From the IMG/VR virus record IMGVR_UViG_2711768076_000018: a DNA stretch of 15,816 bases; one strand, written 5' to 3'. The DNA comes from a virus (Duplodnaviria > Heunggongvirae > Uroviricota > Caudoviricetes). Below the pieces are notes generated by a model. It made no database searches. It saw only the letters and a list, made by a program, of their open reading frames with translations, and was not told the DNA's origin. Shown one piece after another: positions 14,743 through 15,816 of the stretch; position 1 is the stretch's first letter, and each line of letters opens with the position of its first letter. A program made the position numbers and the translations under genes.

Positions 14743-15816
14743 TTATTTTCTTCTGGCTGCTGGTAGTGCGGTTACGTTTTCATGTGCTCCCGCCAGTATC
14801 CCTAACCGCTCCGTCCACATATCCAGCGCATTGCGTTTCGCATCCAGATAACGGGAGTGATTATAGACTCGTTGCATCCCTGGCATCTGGTGTCCTGTAA
14901 GCTGCTCCACGACATGCGGATCAACGCCTAAATCGTTCAGCATGGTTGTAAAGGTGCGCCGGATGTCATGCAGTGACCAGTGGGGGTGATTAAGCCTCCT
15001 GTGCGCTAATCTTCCATACTGCGATACGCTGGCCTCCTGTTTCACTTCCCCCAGCAATAAGCCCGTGTGCCTGTTCTGCTCCACCAGCTGCGTGATGAAC
15101 GGCAGTATTGCTTCCGGTATAGGCCGGAATATGGCTACCTTCGTTTTGCTGTGCTCCTTCGGAACGGTCCAGAGCATTTCGGTAAAATCCCACTCGCCGA
15201 TCTCCGATAACCTAAGTTCGACCGTCCGGCATCCGAACACAATCAGGAGGCGGATTAGCGCGATGTAGTAGGGGGAAAATATTTTTTTGTCCAGTGCCTG
15301 CAATAATTCGCCCAGCTCTTTATTGCTTAAGACACGTTCGCTTATATCCGGTTTTTTCCCAACGTCCGCTACGTTCAGATCATCGAGAACGTTACTGATT
15401 GCATAGCGCCGCCTCCGGCAGTACTTAAGCGCCTGTTTGCATGTCTGTAGCACGAATCCGGCAGTAACAGGTGTTCGCTTTGCCACCTGGTCAAAGCAGG
15501 CCAGCCAGTGCCGTAGCTCGCATTTATCCAGCGGCATAGCACCAATTTTGGTGATTATGTTTTTATTGATCCGGCTTTTCAGTGATTCGTAATCTGTGCG
15601 CTTTTCCTTTGCGTACGACTCAAGCCAATAGGTGAGCGCATCGCCAACCGTTACAGGCTTTAACGCTTCCTGCATGGTGTAATTCAGTTCATAGCGTGGA
15701 TTTTTCCCCTCAGCCAGCCATGCGCGACACTGGGCGGCTTTTTCCCTGGCTGCTTTCAGACTCAGATCGGGATAATTTCCCAGCTTAACGCGTTCAGGTT
15801 GTGTCCCTCTTCCCAT
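14743..15816 (-). CDS. int: tyrosine integrase (P4/CP4-57 type), 5'-partial
   Basis: 357 aa visible, with the C-terminal catalytic region (HDIRRTF ... YNHSRY). The region LGNYPDLSLKAAREKAAQCRAWLAEGKNP aligns, from memory, to around residues 55-85 of P4-type integrases, so about 45 N-terminal codons probably lie beyond the window. Confidence 0.85.
   Translation of the reverse strand: MGRGTQPERVKLGNYPDLSLKAAREKAAQCRAWLAEGKNPRYELNYTMQEALKPVTVGDALTYWLESYAKEKRTDYESLKSRINKNIITKIGAMPLDKCELRHWLACFDQVAKRTPVTAGFVLQTCKQALKYCRRRRYAISNVLDDLNVADVGKKPDISERVLSNKELGELLQALDKKIFSPYYIALIRLLIVFGCRTVELRLSEIGEWDFTEMLWTVPKEHSKTKVAIFRPIPEAILPFITQLVEQNRHTGLLLGEVKQEASVSQYGRLAHRRLNHPHWSLHDIRRTFTTMLNDLGVDPHVVEQLTGHQMPGMQRVYNHSRYLDAKRNALDMWTERLGILAGAHENVTALPAARRK

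Larger units (their letters stand above)
1256..15816. mobile_element. integrated tail-less phage satellite (cf-PICI-like); left junction approximate, right end beyond window
   Basis: Contiguous module order int, alpA, small regulators, primase/helicase plus iteron ori, SSB, ProQ/FinO, then capsid, protease, portal, connector, HNH, TerS, TerL. No tail, lysis or tRNA genes. Adjacent to the core metabolic gene allC. Confidence 0.7.

Noticed and set aside
14651-14851. 66-aa plus-strand ORF over the int 3' end
   Set aside because: The reading frame is produced by the TTGTTC repeat array itself and overlaps the int coding sequence antisense, with no RBS.
1-15816. tRNA/tmRNA genes as the integration target, and tail, lysis or toxin cargo genes
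   Set aside because: No cloverleaf-like sequence with a T-loop (GTTCRANNC) motif and no ORFs resembling tail, holin or endolysin proteins were seen on either strand. The attachment site is probably beyond the right edge.

Overview
The window opens with a complete allC (allantoate amidohydrolase) gene, after which the rest (about 1.26 to 15.8 kb) is an integrated phage-satellite-like element running off the right edge. Almost all of its genes are on the minus strand. From right to left: a P4-type tyrosine integrase (5' end truncated by the window edge), an AlpA-family regulator, a divergent pair of small plus-strand genes (one ribbon-helix-helix-like), a replication operon (four small unknown ORFs, a primase/helicase, an iteron origin, SSB, a ProQ/FinO-domain protein), and an HK97-type head and packaging operon (major capsid, prohead protease, portal, gp6-like connector, HNH endonuclease, TerS, TerL). 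No tail, lysis or tRNA genes are present. This matches the capsid-forming phage-inducible chromosomal island (cf-PICI) type of satellite, which builds its own capsid and borrows helper-phage tails. Protein identities are from reading the supplied translations against remembered family signatures; no database search was run. The most interesting non-coding signals are 10-bp-phased TTGTTC repeat arrays shared between the capsid-operon upstream region and the int-alpA intergenic region, an iteron origin, a divergent operator-bearing switch region, a candidate cos region between HNH and TerS, and a possible small RNA.
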